Shown here in pieces: positions 39,179-49,264 of a DNA stretch of 64,000 bases. The stretch is from Longimicrobiales bacterium (GTDB lineage Bacteria > Gemmatimonadota > Gemmatimonadetes > Longimicrobiales > Gaopeijiaceae), in assembly GCA_965219445.1 (NCBI GenBank), contig CBDCNQ010000005.1, positions 256,001 to 320,000 on the forward strand, given 5' to 3'. How positions within the stretch are numbered: position 1 is the stretch's first letter; each line of letters starts with the position of its first letter. The notes under the pieces were generated by a model. That model did not search any database. It was not told the DNA's origin and worked only from the letters and a program-made list of their open reading frames with translations. Made by a program: the position numbers and the translations under genes.

Positions 39179-40687
39179 TCAACGAAGCCGTATTCGGGTG
39201 AATCCAGTTTCGTCCGAGCGGAGGCGGTAGGTCCGGACCGACACGATGTCCCCCTCATCAGCGTCGCGCAGTGCGTCCTCGAAATCACGCTCGGAGCGGA
39301 CGCGCACGTCGTTCACGTGGGTGATGATGTCGTAGTCGGCGAAGATCTTGCCGTAGGACGGGCCGGCGGGTTGAACGCCCGTGACCACGAGTCCGGCGTC
39401 CTTCGGGTCGATGAGACCCCTCGGCAGGCCGAACGCCTTCTCGAACGCCACCAGGCAGACACCCAGTGGGTTGTTCGCGCACGGCACCTCCACATCACGC
39501 TCGCGGTGCTCCGCCCGAGCGGAAGCCGTACGATCGTTGGTCTCCTCCGCGCCCAGATACACCGTCACGGTCCGGGGGGTGTCGGCTTCCCGGTGCACCT
39601 TCAGGACCACGCTCTCTCCCGGCGCCTTGAACCAGACCCTCCGTTGCAACTGGGCCACGGACATCACGCGGCGGCCGTCGACTTCGACGATCACGTCGCC
39701 CGGTCGGAGTCCGGCGCGATACGCCGGGCTGTCCTCGTCCCCCACGTCCTGCACCACGACGCCACCGACCGTGTCGAGGCCGACGGCGAGAGCGTCCTCC
39801 ACGGTCGCTAGCAAGGTGACGGCACCCAGGACACCACGAGTGACATGTCCCCGCTCGATCAGCTCCGATATCACCGGGAGGATCAGATTGGCCGGGATCG
39901 CCAGGGTGTACCCCTGGTAGTATCCGGATCGGGTCGCGATGGCCGAGTTCATGCCGATGATGCGGCCGTGGAGGTCCACCAACGGCCCCCCCGAGTTGCC
40001 GCTGTTGGCCACGGCGTCGGTCTGGATGAACTCCACCACCGAGCCCAGGCCCATGGAGCGGTCGGTCGCGCTGACGATCCCTGCCGTCACGCTGAACGCC
40101 AGGGTGTTGCCCATGGGGTTGCCGATGGCCAGAACCCACTCGCCCACCCGAATCTGGTCGGAGTCGCCCAGGGACGCCGTCGGCAAATTCGTCTCGTCGA
40201 TCCGCACGACCGCGATGTCGCTCAGGGCGTCCTCGCCGACGATCTCGGCTTCATACTCACGACCGTCGAAGAGACGGACGAGAACGCGACGTGCGCCGTC
40301 GATGACGTGATGATTCGTGACGATGTAGCCGTTGGAAAGGACGATGAATCCGGTTCCACTGGACGTTGTGGCGTGTGGAAAGTCGCCGGCGAAGGCACCG
40401 TGCAGACTTGTCGGCATGCCCGGCGGCATGCGGAGGCCTGTGGTCACCCTCTCGACCATGATGAAGACCACGGCGGGCCGAACGACGTTAGCCACCGCCG
40501 CGAAGGCGTTGCCGAGCTGTAGCGCCGAGGCGGTGCCCTCGATCTCGACCTGGTGCTCGTCGACGACGATGGCAGAGGGTGATGGGCCCACGGCTGCCGA
40601 CGCACCGGTGAAAGGGAGGATCGACGCTGCGGCCAGCGTGAGGGCGAGGCGTCGCCCCCTGTTTTCCGTAAGCCGTATCTGTCTCAT
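39179..40687 (-). CDS. degP: HtrA/DegP-family serine protease with two PDZ domains
   Basis: TNHHVI, DIAV and GNSGGPL catalytic triad motifs; PDZ motifs; signal peptide. Confidence 0.92.
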   Translation of the reverse strand: MRQIRLTENRGRRLALTLAAASILPFTGASAAVGPSPSAIVVDEHQVEIEGTASALQLGNAFAAVANVVRPAVVFIMVERVTTGLRMPPGMPTSLHGAFAGDFPHATTSSGTGFIVLSNGYIVTNHHVIDGARRVLVRLFDGREYEAEIVGEDALSDIAVVRIDETNLPTASLGDSDQIRVGEWVLAIGNPMGNTLAFSVTAGIVSATDRSMGLGSVVEFIQTDAVANSGNSGGPLVDLHGRIIGMNSAIATRSGYYQGYTLAIPANLILPVISELIERGHVTRGVLGAVTLLATVEDALAVGLDTVGGVVVQDVGDEDSPAYRAGLRPGDVIVEVDGRRVMSVAQLQRRVWFKAPGESVVLKVHREADTPRTVTVYLGAEETNDRTASARAEHRERDVEVPCANNPLGVCLVAFEKAFGLPRGLIDPKDAGLVVTGVQPAGPSYGKIFADYDIITHVNDVRVRSERDFEDALRDADEGDIVSVRTYRLRSDETGFTRIRLR

Positions 40688-40849
40688 GTCGATCTCCGTG
40701 CATTTTTCGCGAAACGCCGGAGATCACTGCTTTTTGCCTACCGCTCCACTCGTGTTCCGGCGCGTACGCCCCGATGCGCCATGGCCCGAATCCTCAGAGG
40801 AGACCTCATGCCCATCTCCGCCCACGGACCGTTTCCATAACAGAACCGT

Positions 40850-40866
40850 TGCAATGGGCATGCCAG
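40850..40866 (-). promoter_or_regulatory. sigma-54 (-24/-12) promoter for degP
   Basis: Minus strand CTGGCATGCCCATTGCA (GG-N10-GC), about 165 bp upstream of the start. Confidence 0.75.
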
Positions 40867-41126
40867 GAGTGAGGATCGAGTTTCGGCCGGGAAAGCCTCC
40901 GGAAGCCAACCGGCATTCACCGGAAATGTTTTCCGCATCCCGGGCATTGTTTTCCACCACTCGTCCTCGGCGCGAGTCCAGCACCAACACGTGTGCGTTC
41001 CGTTGCCTACGCTAGCGAAACGGTGTAAGTCTGATCCGATCTGGCCAGACCTTCCACATCAACGGCGGTGCGCTCCGAGGCTAGGCTGGAACAGACAGGT
41101 ATCTTGCTCGCAAAGGAGTTAGGAGC

Positions 41127-42239
41127 ATGAAGGATTCTGGTAGGGCCCGATTGAGCCGGCGGCAGGCGATCAGTGTCCTCGGTGCGGGCGCAGGGTCCGG
41201 TCTCTTCTTGGCGGCAAACCCCGTCTCGAGCCTACTTGCTGCGACATGGCGGAGCGCGGGATCGACTGCGACCGAGCGGGCTATTCCTAAGAGTGCCATC
41301 CCTCCCGATGGCGCCATCATTAGGGCTATTTTCTCGGACCTTGCTCCGGAGGATTTGGCGAAGGGGATGACCCTGTTCCACGAGCACTTGTCGGCCGCCT
41401 ATTCTCGTACGGAGCTACAGCCGACGCTGCCACCCCCCTCTTCGGCTGACACCGGTCCGGTGATCGAAGATGTCAAAGCGGCGGTCCGGGAGGGCGTGAC
41501 GTGCATCGTGGACGGTGGGCATCCGGATATGGGTCGCAACCTGGAGCACTTGCGGCAGATTTCCACGGAGACGGGCGTGCACGTGGTCGCGAGCGGGGGC
41601 TATTATCGACAGAGCACGTATCCCTTGGAGATCTCGGGTCAGAGCGAGGATCAGATCGCCGCCGACCTCGCGGCTGAGGCAGCCGCCTTTCGATACGGGG
41701 CCCTCGGAGAGATAGGCCAGATGCCGGATATGGTGGACTTTACGCCCGACGAGCGGAAGATGTTTCGGGCAGTCGGCAAGGCCCACGTTCTGACTGGCCT
41801 GCCAATCTTCACCCACACTCCATACGGGACGGGACCGAACGTGCCGCGAGACATTGGTCTGCGCCAGCTCGACCTCTTCGAGTCAGTTGGGGTCGACCCG
41901 CAGCACGTGACCATCGGCCATGCCTGCTGCCTCGACGATCCGAGTGCGGAGATCATCAAACAGGTGGCGATGCGGGGCGCGTTCGTCGGATTCGACCGGT
42001 TGACCGGAGGGCGAGTCGACGACCCGCAGAAGGTCGAGACGATCCTGGCCTTTCTGGACGCCGGGTATGAGGACAAACTGCTGCTTTCAACCGATCTGCG
42101 GCGCGAATTCTACCGCACCACCAGGGTGTTTGTCCCGAAACTGCTCGCGGCGGGCGTAGACGCGGAGACGGTCCGGACCATTCTCGTCGACAATCCGGCT
42201 CGCTTCCTCGCCTTCTTGCCGAAAGAGGCTGCTGGGTGA
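41127..42239 (+). CDS. phosphotriesterase-family protein with Tat signal
   Basis: SRRQAI; FHEHL, GEIG, FTHT, IGH, LSTD metal ligands. Confidence 0.88.
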   Translation: MKDSGRARLSRRQAISVLGAGAGSGLFLAANPVSSLLAATWRSAGSTATERAIPKSAIPPDGAIIRAIFSDLAPEDLAKGMTLFHEHLSAAYSRTELQPTLPPPSSADTGPVIEDVKAAVREGVTCIVDGGHPDMGRNLEHLRQISTETGVHVVASGGYYRQSTYPLEISGQSEDQIAADLAAEAAAFRYGALGEIGQMPDMVDFTPDERKMFRAVGKAHVLTGLPIFTHTPYGTGPNVPRDIGLRQLDLFESVGVDPQHVTIGHACCLDDPSAEIIKQVAMRGAFVGFDRLTGGRVDDPQKVETILAFLDAGYEDKLLLSTDLRREFYRTTRVFVPKLLAAGVDAETVRTILVDNPARFLAFLPKEAAG

Positions 42240-43708
42240 ATACCTTCACCCTTACTAGGCGCAGTTTATTGAAGCGCGCGGTCGCCGCCGGGGGCATCGT
42301 CGCGATGCCGGGGGCATCGCCTCCCCTCGCCCGGGCGCGGAAGCTACAGCAGGTAGAAGGAACACCAGCGCAGGAGGCCAATGCTGCGCTGGCACTGGCT
42401 CGAATTCTCAACCCGACGAGATTCGAAGATCTACCGCCGGTAGCGGTCGAGCACGCCAAGATGATCATCGCCAGCACCCTGGCCAGCGCCGCACCCGGAT
42501 CACTCATCGGGTCGGCTCGTATGGTCCGCGAGCTGGCGGAGGAGCACGGCGGTAGGCCGGAGGCCACAGTCTGGTTCGATGGCGCGAGGTTGCCAGCGCA
42601 TGAGGTCGCGCGAGTCAACGCGATACTCAGCGATGCCGCCGCGTCGGATGACAGTGACATGCGCAACACGGCCCACTGCGGTACGACCCTTGCCTCGGTG
42701 GGGCTGTCCGTCGCCGAGCGCACGGGCGCCACGGGGCAGGATCTGCTTCTGGCTATGGTAACTGGCTACGAGGCGGCGGGTCGGATCGGCGAGGCGCGGG
42801 TGGGGGGGAGAGGCGGTGTCCACGCCTCCCAGCTCGTCGCCTTCGGCGGGGCCGTCGCGGCAGCGAAGCTCTTGAAACTGACGGACGAGCAGATGGCCCA
42901 CGCGATCGGGATCACTGCGATCACACAGGGCGGCCTCTCGATAGGGACCAACAGCTGGGCGCGGGAGTACATGGCGGCGAATGCAGCGCTCTGCGCCGTC
43001 AACGCCGCGCTGGCGGCGGACCGCGGTTTTACGGTCAACGAGAATATTCTCGATCCGCCGCGTGGCTTTGTGGGGGTCTATGGCGGTGGCAATGTCGAAA
43101 GCCTGACGCGCGATCTCCAGGAGTGGGACATCGTCAGGTATCTGGCGATCAAGCTCTGGCCCGGCGCCCATCCGTTTTCGGGTACCGTGGAAGCGGCGGT
43201 CGATGCTGCCCGGCAGGCGGACGTGCAGCCGGAAGACGTGGCTCAGATCCTGGTTTCTGGTCGGAACCGGACGACAGTGAGTGGCAGCCGGCGCCCCCAG
43301 GACCTGATCGAGGCAATCCACAGCCTGCCGTACTTCGTCGCCTCCGCCGTGGCCGACAAGGACTTTTCCTGGGTCCATGCGACGTCGGCGAAGATCCACG
43401 ACCCGGTGATCGGTATGCTCATGGACCTGGTCGACGTCGACCCATCCCCGCCACCGGTCAATTACGAGTGGAATTGGGGTGGCACGGTCACGATAGTAAC
43501 GAACTCCGGAGACAGGCACACCAGCACGGTCGATGCGCCGCGAGGGTCCGGGCCACGCGGCATCGAGTGGAGCGATGTCGACGCCAAGTACCGGGCTCTC
43601 ATGCCGGACTCCGGTCTGCCCACTAGCCGTATCGAGGAAGTCTTGAATGTGATCCACGAGTTCGAAGGCGTGGAAGATGTCTCAGAGCTGACGACCCTGC
43701 TCAGCTGA
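42236..43708 (+). CDS. MmgE/PrpD-family protein with Tat-like signal
   Basis: TRRSLLK; AHCG, GYEAAGR, HSLPY, PRGS...KY. Confidence 0.88.
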   Translation: MNTFTLTRRSLLKRAVAAGGIVAMPGASPPLARARKLQQVEGTPAQEANAALALARILNPTRFEDLPPVAVEHAKMIIASTLASAAPGSLIGSARMVRELAEEHGGRPEATVWFDGARLPAHEVARVNAILSDAAASDDSDMRNTAHCGTTLASVGLSVAERTGATGQDLLLAMVTGYEAAGRIGEARVGGRGGVHASQLVAFGGAVAAAKLLKLTDEQMAHAIGITAITQGGLSIGTNSWAREYMAANAALCAVNAALAADRGFTVNENILDPPRGFVGVYGGGNVESLTRDLQEWDIVRYLAIKLWPGAHPFSGTVEAAVDAARQADVQPEDVAQILVSGRNRTTVSGSRRPQDLIEAIHSLPYFVASAVADKDFSWVHATSAKIHDPVIGMLMDLVDVDPSPPPVNYEWNWGGTVTIVTNSGDRHTSTVDAPRGSGPRGIEWSDVDAKYRALMPDSGLPTSRIEEVLNVIHEFEGVEDVSELTTLLS

Positions 43709-43745
43709 TCCACCTATGTCAATTCTCTGTCGATGGAGGAGTACG

Positions 43746-45344
43746 ATGGGACAAGATCGAGATCTAGACCCTGACCTGGCAGCGGGATTAACCCCCAGCC
43801 TCACCCGGCGCAGCCTATTGCGGACGGCGCTTGCGAGCGGGGTCACCGTGAGTATGGCAGGCGCCTGGCCCGTTGACGCGTTCGGTCGAGAGCTTGAGCG
43901 GCGTGAGGGCGTCCCAGAAAGCTACCCCGAGCCACAGAGCGGACAGCTGGACTCTCTGGCGTCTCTCCAGCAGCAGGCGTCGTTGAGCCGAGAGCTCGCG
44001 CGTTGGGTCGCTGATCTGCGCTACGAGGATCTGCCTGCTGCCGTGGTCGACCGCGCCAAGGGGGTCACCCTCCAGGCACTCGCGTCTGTGCTGCTCGGAT
44101 CCGAGTCAGGCCGGGGCCAACAGTCCGTCGATCTCATCACGGAGGAGGAAACCGGCGTGCGCAACGGTGCCACCATCATGGTGCACGGTACCAAGGTGAC
44201 GAAGGCTGGTGCCGCCTACGCCAATGCAGCGATGCTGGGCGCCGGGGGCAAGTGGGACACATTCCGCATGCTCACGCACCCGGGCACGAGCATCATTCCG
44301 TGCGCATTTGTGGCGGCGGAGAGCGCCGGCGCTTCGGGACGGGACTTCATGACCGGCATCGTAGCCGGCTACGAGGTCATGAACCGGATGTCGGCTGATT
44401 ACGTGCCGACGATGATTGCGCGCGGCTTCCACCCCAGCATGGTCTTCGGCACCTTCGGCGCCGCGGTGGCCGCCGCAAAAATCCTGGGCCTCACGGAGGG
44501 TCAGGTGCACGACGCGATCTCCCTGTGCGTGGCCCTGACCATCGGGGGCCGTGGGATCCGAGAGCACGGATCCGCGCGCAACGCCATGCTGGCGGTCGCG
44601 CTGGCACGGCAGCGTTCTGGCGGGGGCGGTGATTCTAGGGTCCTCGAAGGCGACGGAGGCTTCTACTGGGCCTACGCCGGCAACAATGAGGGACAGCTCA
44701 CCTATAGCTTCGTCGGTGACACGCAGACCAGCCTGGACAAGATCACCGCCAATCTCGGGGAAGACTGGCTCTTCCTGGAGACGCTCTACCGCATCTACTC
44801 GACCGCGGGATACAACATCGCGCACGTCGACGTCACGGCGCAGCTCTGCGAGGAGTACGATATCCGTTATGAGGACGTCGACCGGGTCGAGGCAGTCGTG
44901 AACTGGCTCGAGACGCAGTATCCGACCCCGGCGTTTCCAACTTCAAGACAAGACCTGGATGTGGAGCCCACACCGGGCAGCACCCGATACTATACCGCGT
45001 ATGGTGTCGTGCAGCGCGGTTTCCCACTCCTCGGTCTGCGTGGTGCCGCCGACCCGCCCGAGGTCCTGGACCTCATGAGGCGGGTGAAGATCATCCCGTC
45101 GAACCGGATGGGGCTCTTCGCACCGCGGATCACCATCTTCACCAAGGATGGAAGGAGCTACACGAAGCAGGGCACGGGACAGGAGTTCATATGGGACTTC
45201 GAGGAAGAGGTGCGACGCATTCGCGGCGTAGTCGACGGAATCCCCATTCCAGCTGCGCAGTTTGAAGAGATGATCTCGACGTGCCGCGATCTGGACCGGC
45301 AAGCCCGGGCCGACCGGCTCGTTCAGCTGACACTAAAAGTGTAG
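43746..45344 (+). CDS. MmgE/PrpD-family protein with Tat-like signal
   Basis: TRRSLLR; LRYEDLP, THPG, AGYEV, RGFHP; GGAGGAG RBS. Confidence 0.85.
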   Translation: MGQDRDLDPDLAAGLTPSLTRRSLLRTALASGVTVSMAGAWPVDAFGRELERREGVPESYPEPQSGQLDSLASLQQQASLSRELARWVADLRYEDLPAAVVDRAKGVTLQALASVLLGSESGRGQQSVDLITEEETGVRNGATIMVHGTKVTKAGAAYANAAMLGAGGKWDTFRMLTHPGTSIIPCAFVAAESAGASGRDFMTGIVAGYEVMNRMSADYVPTMIARGFHPSMVFGTFGAAVAAAKILGLTEGQVHDAISLCVALTIGGRGIREHGSARNAMLAVALARQRSGGGGDSRVLEGDGGFYWAYAGNNEGQLTYSFVGDTQTSLDKITANLGEDWLFLETLYRIYSTAGYNIAHVDVTAQLCEEYDIRYEDVDRVEAVVNWLETQYPTPAFPTSRQDLDVEPTPGSTRYYTAYGVVQRGFPLLGLRGAADPPEVLDLMRRVKIIPSNRMGLFAPRITIFTKDGRSYTKQGTGQEFIWDFEEEVRRIRGVVDGIPIPAAQFEEMISTCRDLDRQARADRLVQLTLKV

Positions 45345-45370
45345 TGCGTCCGTCCCTGAGGGTCGGAGCT

Positions 45371-46735
45371 TCAGCGGACGAGGCGCGTTTCAGGATACTG
45401 TGCGTACCATCCGAACCAGAACGCACGGTGGGAAGGTAGCCGTCGTAGGGATGTCTGACCGGGGCTGGTGAGGGCCACTTCGGTCAGCGTCCAACGCTCG
45501 CCGCTCTCGTCCCGGACTCCGTCTTGACCGTCCCAACGGGAGAACCGCCGGCCATGTGTTTCGTACACGCGGCTCGCACCGCTCTGGTCGGTCAACACGA
45601 CGAAATCAACGTCACCGAGCGAATCGTGATACACGGTCCGGCCTGCAAGGAATGCGACGGCGATGGCCAGCTGCTCCATAGGAACTTCGGAGAACCGCAG
45701 CGCGAGAACCTCGTCCTTGTTCTTGAGGCGCGTGTCTAGTTCGGGCACGGCGAACATGAGTTCGTCGGTATTGAAGTAGTCGCGGTACGCCGCCCCCTCG
45801 CTGTAGTCACGCTCATGCCCGGTATCGATCGACAGCACTTTCGTGCCTGGATGGCGCCGCCGCCACTCCCCCCATGTCGTGGTAACGACGAAGAGAGGCT
45901 CCAACTCGAGGTCGCGCTCCGCGAGAGGGCCCACGACTGGCCCGCCGGACAGTGTGGACCAAAGCGACCGAGTGGCATGGTCGTACATCAATTTGTTGGA
46001 ACGGTAGAGGAATCCGCTGGTGCCGAGTTCATGGTGTTCCCCGTCAATCGTCGATCGGTAGAGGATCATCGAACCGCAGAGGGTGCAGTACACACCTGTG
46101 AAGTGCTCGCCACCGATGGTGTCCTTGAACATCTCGTGCCAGGCCATGATGCGCTTGGGATATGCACGTTCATCCCCGTTGATCGCAATGCCGAACACGA
46201 TGTTGTCATCGTCCAAGTACCGGGCCCGACGGGCGTTGGTGAAAGCAGGCAGGTCAAGCGGCGGAATCCCGTCGCGCAACACGCCTCCCCATCGGATTTC
46301 GTCGAGACGGATCTTCGCCTCGAGACCGTCGTCGAAGTAGTCGCGGAAGCTCGGATCGGTAAGCCCGTACAGCGCCGCCTTGAACATCGAGTAATCGGGA
46401 TGCGTACCGGGATTCGCTGCCCAGATCCAATTCCACCACCCATCCATGTCTTGTCGGAAGGACTGTCCGGTGGCGCGCTCGAGCAACGCCAAGAGGCGAG
46501 GCTGATCGGTCCACCGGGCGAACCGGTGGAGCTCGACAAGTATGGCGGCATGGGAATCGTCCCACCCGTCCAGAATCATTCGCTCTGCGACCGCCGCTCG
46601 CTCGGGATCCGCGCGAAGGAGGTCGAAGAACGTCTGGATATCCGTCGCCTGTCCTCGAAGGGACGCGGGTATCAGGACGGGTATCAGGAGTAGGAGTAGG
46701 AGCACGGGTCTGGCTACCATGGTTGGACCCCTCAT
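45371..46735 (-). CDS. DUF3179-domain protein
   Basis: GGVLRDGIPPL, RAYP, WHEM, YCTLCGS, GTSGFLYRSNKLMYD, FWFGW. Confidence 0.88.
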   Translation of the reverse strand: MRGPTMVARPVLLLLLLIPVLIPASLRGQATDIQTFFDLLRADPERAAVAERMILDGWDDSHAAILVELHRFARWTDQPRLLALLERATGQSFRQDMDGWWNWIWAANPGTHPDYSMFKAALYGLTDPSFRDYFDDGLEAKIRLDEIRWGGVLRDGIPPLDLPAFTNARRARYLDDDNIVFGIAINGDERAYPKRIMAWHEMFKDTIGGEHFTGVYCTLCGSMILYRSTIDGEHHELGTSGFLYRSNKLMYDHATRSLWSTLSGGPVVGPLAERDLELEPLFVVTTTWGEWRRRHPGTKVLSIDTGHERDYSEGAAYRDYFNTDELMFAVPELDTRLKNKDEVLALRFSEVPMEQLAIAVAFLAGRTVYHDSLGDVDFVVLTDQSGASRVYETHGRRFSRWDGQDGVRDESGERWTLTEVALTSPGQTSLRRLPSHRAFWFGWYAQYPETRLVR

Positions 46736-47100
46736 GGCCCAAGCGCCCGTTCGACCGCGCCGACGAGTTGCCTGAACTCGAAGGGCTTCATGATGATCTC
46801 GGCTGCGCCAAGAGCTGAGGCCTTCAAGAGGAGCTCGTCTTTCGCAATCGCACCGCCGCCCGAGACCGCAATGATCGGGACCTCTGGGTGCAGCACCCGG
46901 ATGGCCTCGATCACGTCGTGCCCATCCAAACCGGGCATGTTGATGTCGGTGAGAACCAAATCGGGTTGGCGTTTCCCGAAGAGCCGCAGGCCCTCTGCGC
47001 CGTCGAGCGCCTCCTCGACCTGGTGGCCTTCCCCGACGAGCATGTGTTTTACGAGCGTGCGGATTTCCTCGTCATCATCGATCACGAGAACGCGGGCCAT
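46732..47100 (-). CDS. single-domain response regulator
   Basis: VIDDD, TDINMPG, SGG, KPF. Confidence 0.92.
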   Translation of the reverse strand: MARVLVIDDDEEIRTLVKHMLVGEGHQVEEALDGAEGLRLFGKRQPDLVLTDINMPGLDGHDVIEAIRVLHPEVPIIAVSGGGAIAKDELLLKASALGAAEIIMKPFEFRQLVGAVERALGP

Positions 47101-47160
47101 CGGTGGTCTCCTCGGCGGCTAGGGTGGAACTCGTTCGGGACAGGCTTCAGTCCCCGAATC

Positions 47161-48153
47161 TCAAAACACGGCGAGAGGGTTCAGCGGAGAACCCGTGCCG
47201 CCAGGGATCGCGAGCGGCGCGAGCATCAGCAGGAACTCCGACCGGTCTCTCTCGGCCGCCGCTGCGCCGAGCGCCTCGAGGTCACAGTTATCGAGCATGT
47301 GGATCCCAAGATGCAGGATGGCGAAATCGTGCACAGCCCCGGGCAGGTTCGAAGGCGCCACATACGCCGGATGGTCACTTCCCAGTAGCGCCACATCCCG
47401 ATCTTTCAACCACGGAATCACGGATGGGTGGAGACCGGCCGACCGACCACCCTCGCGTCGGCCGCGAAGCCATGGTCCTTCGGCCTCGCGTCGAGCCCAG
47501 ACGCCTGTGCGAATGAACAGCGCGTCACCCGAGGAGATTCGCACCCCGGTTTGCTCTTCCCAAGCCTCCAGATCCTCCACGTAGATCGGAGTGCCCGGTT
47601 CGAGATACGGTAGGCCCCTGAACCTTGGAATGTCGATCAGGACGCCACGGGTGAGGACGCCGTCTTTGAGGTTGTGGATCGAGCTCTTCTCGTGACCACT
47701 TTCGAGAGTCACGTCGGCGTCGGGCGTGTACCCATTGAAGAAAGTCCCGCCGTCGTTCACATGAGCCAGGGCGTCCACATGAGTGTGGGAGATGCCGTGA
47801 TAACGCAAGCGAAGCTGGTCCGAGCTGATAGAGAGCATCTCGTGCTCATACGGGTAGGGATTGTCGACGGCCTGGACCGTATTTGCGTCCAGCGCTAGCG
47901 ACACTGAAACCCCCTCCCGCGCCAGTGCCAGTGCCTCCAAGCGCTTCTCTGGCGTGATCAGGTTCAGGGCCCCGATCTCATCGTCCACCCCCCATCGCCC
48001 CCAGTTGGACAGGTCCACCTTCCACTGTTCATACTCGGCGGGGCTGACATCCCTATTGGAACCAACATCCGGCAGTTGCCCGGAGGCGGGTCGGGATAAG
48101 GCGATGACCGAAATCAGTGGTACCAGGGAAAATCTGGTGAGCAGCCTCATCAT
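47161..48153 (-). CDS. cyclase family (kynurenine formamidase-like) protein, secreted
   Basis: NWGRWG, HGISHTHVDALAH, RGVLID, GTGSPLNP. Confidence 0.88.
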   Translation of the reverse strand: MMRLLTRFSLVPLISVIALSRPASGQLPDVGSNRDVSPAEYEQWKVDLSNWGRWGVDDEIGALNLITPEKRLEALALAREGVSVSLALDANTVQAVDNPYPYEHEMLSISSDQLRLRYHGISHTHVDALAHVNDGGTFFNGYTPDADVTLESGHEKSSIHNLKDGVLTRGVLIDIPRFRGLPYLEPGTPIYVEDLEAWEEQTGVRISSGDALFIRTGVWARREAEGPWLRGRREGGRSAGLHPSVIPWLKDRDVALLGSDHPAYVAPSNLPGAVHDFAILHLGIHMLDNCDLEALGAAAAERDRSEFLLMLAPLAIPGGTGSPLNPLAVF

Positions 48154-48276
48154 TGGTCCTCCGCTAGTGTGGCGCGATTCTGGAAGAGACTAGCGCCGAA
48201 TCGTGAAGTGAGAAAGTATGGATGGTGACGGCGCTCAGGTTGCGTCTCGTGTTGTGGACCTTTGCTGGAGGATCTC

Positions 48277-48555
48277 GTGAAGCTCAACCTCAAAGCACTC
48301 ACCATTGCGTCGGCGATCGCGTGGGGCGGTTGCTTCCTGCTCGTCGGAGTGGCCAACGTCATTTGGCCCCCGTACGGCGAATCATGGCTGCAGTTGGGGC
48401 AGTCGATCTATCCTGGCTACAACGGGCCCGCCGGTTTCGGGTCGGTGATCATCGTGACCATCTACGCCGTGCTGGACGGAGCAGTGGCGGGGGCAGTGGT
48501 CGCGTGGCTGTACAACATGTTCGCCGGAGCGAAAGAAGGAACACCGGCGGTGTAG
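48277..48555 (+). CDS. small membrane protein
   Basis: GGAGG RBS; two hydrophobic helices; SIYPGY and AWLYN motifs. Confidence 0.7.
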   Translation: MKLNLKALTIASAIAWGGCFLLVGVANVIWPPYGESWLQLGQSIYPGYNGPAGFGSVIIVTIYAVLDGAVAGAVVAWLYNMFAGAKEGTPAV

Positions 48556-48677
48556 TGCGCGTCTACGGTATCCGCGGAGGCACGCAGGCTTCAAAGGGTG
48601 CATGACAACGGCTCACCACCTATGATCCGGTGAACCAGGTTTGATGCGTAGAATCGGCCTGAACAGGGGAGGGGTCT

Positions 48678-49187
48678 ATGCCGAATATCCTTGGAGCCTT
48701 GCTCGTGCTTGCGCAGGTGAGCTCGACTCCCATCCCGGCGCTCGATGTGACGGCCGCCGACATTCAAGCCACCTTGGAGAACGCGATCGAGAACGGCGAG
48801 ACGGACACGCCGATGAGCACCATCGATGCGGGCGGGCACCATGTCGGCGTCGCTCTCGTTTATCGGGGCCCGACGGCGAACGTCGTCGCCGGCACCATCC
48901 ACAGCGAAGTCACCGAGGTCTACAGCGTCCTCGAGGGCTCAGGCACATTGGTCACCGGTGGCGGCCTGATCGATCCGCGGCCGCGTGAGAACACGGCTCG
49001 CCGGCGCAGGGTGTCGGGGCCTGGGTGGACGGGTAGGGGCATGGAAGGTGCGGTGACCCGTCAGGTCGCCAAGGGCGACGTCATCATCATCCCAGCGGGC
49101 ACGCCACACTATTTCTCCGACATTCCTGAGTCGATTACGTATACGGTCGTGCGGATCGACCCGGGCCAGGGACTGACCCTCCACTAA
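48678..49187 (+). CDS. secreted cupin-domain protein
   Basis: IHSEVTEVY.VLEGSG and GDVIIIPAGTPH. Confidence 0.8.
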   Translation: MPNILGALLVLAQVSSTPIPALDVTAADIQATLENAIENGETDTPMSTIDAGGHHVGVALVYRGPTANVVAGTIHSEVTEVYSVLEGSGTLVTGGGLIDPRPRENTARRRRVSGPGWTGRGMEGAVTRQVAKGDVIIIPAGTPHYFSDIPESITYTVVRIDPGQGLTLH

Positions 49188-49229
49188 CGTGCGAGCGGCT
49201 CGGGTCATCCCTGAGCACGGTGTAGTGTC

Positions 49230-49263
49230 TTGACACGATGTTCGTGTAACACGATATTCGTGT
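49230..49263 (+). promoter_or_regulatory. TA promoter/operator: TTGACA plus two tandem ACACGA-N3-TCGTGT palindromes
   Basis: TTGACACGATGTTCGTGTAACACGATATTCGTGT immediately before the antitoxin ATG. Confidence 0.8.
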
Positions 49264-49264
49264 C

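Noticed and set aside
41027..41041. AAGTCTGATCCGATC as a further kinase stub
   Set aside because: No start codon; better explained as part of a TTGCCT-N17-TAAGTC promoter-like sequence.
46660..46705. Short tandem repeats (GGGTATCAGGA, AGGAGT)
   Set aside because: They encode the Leu/Ile/Pro-rich signal peptide of DUF3179 and are not an array.
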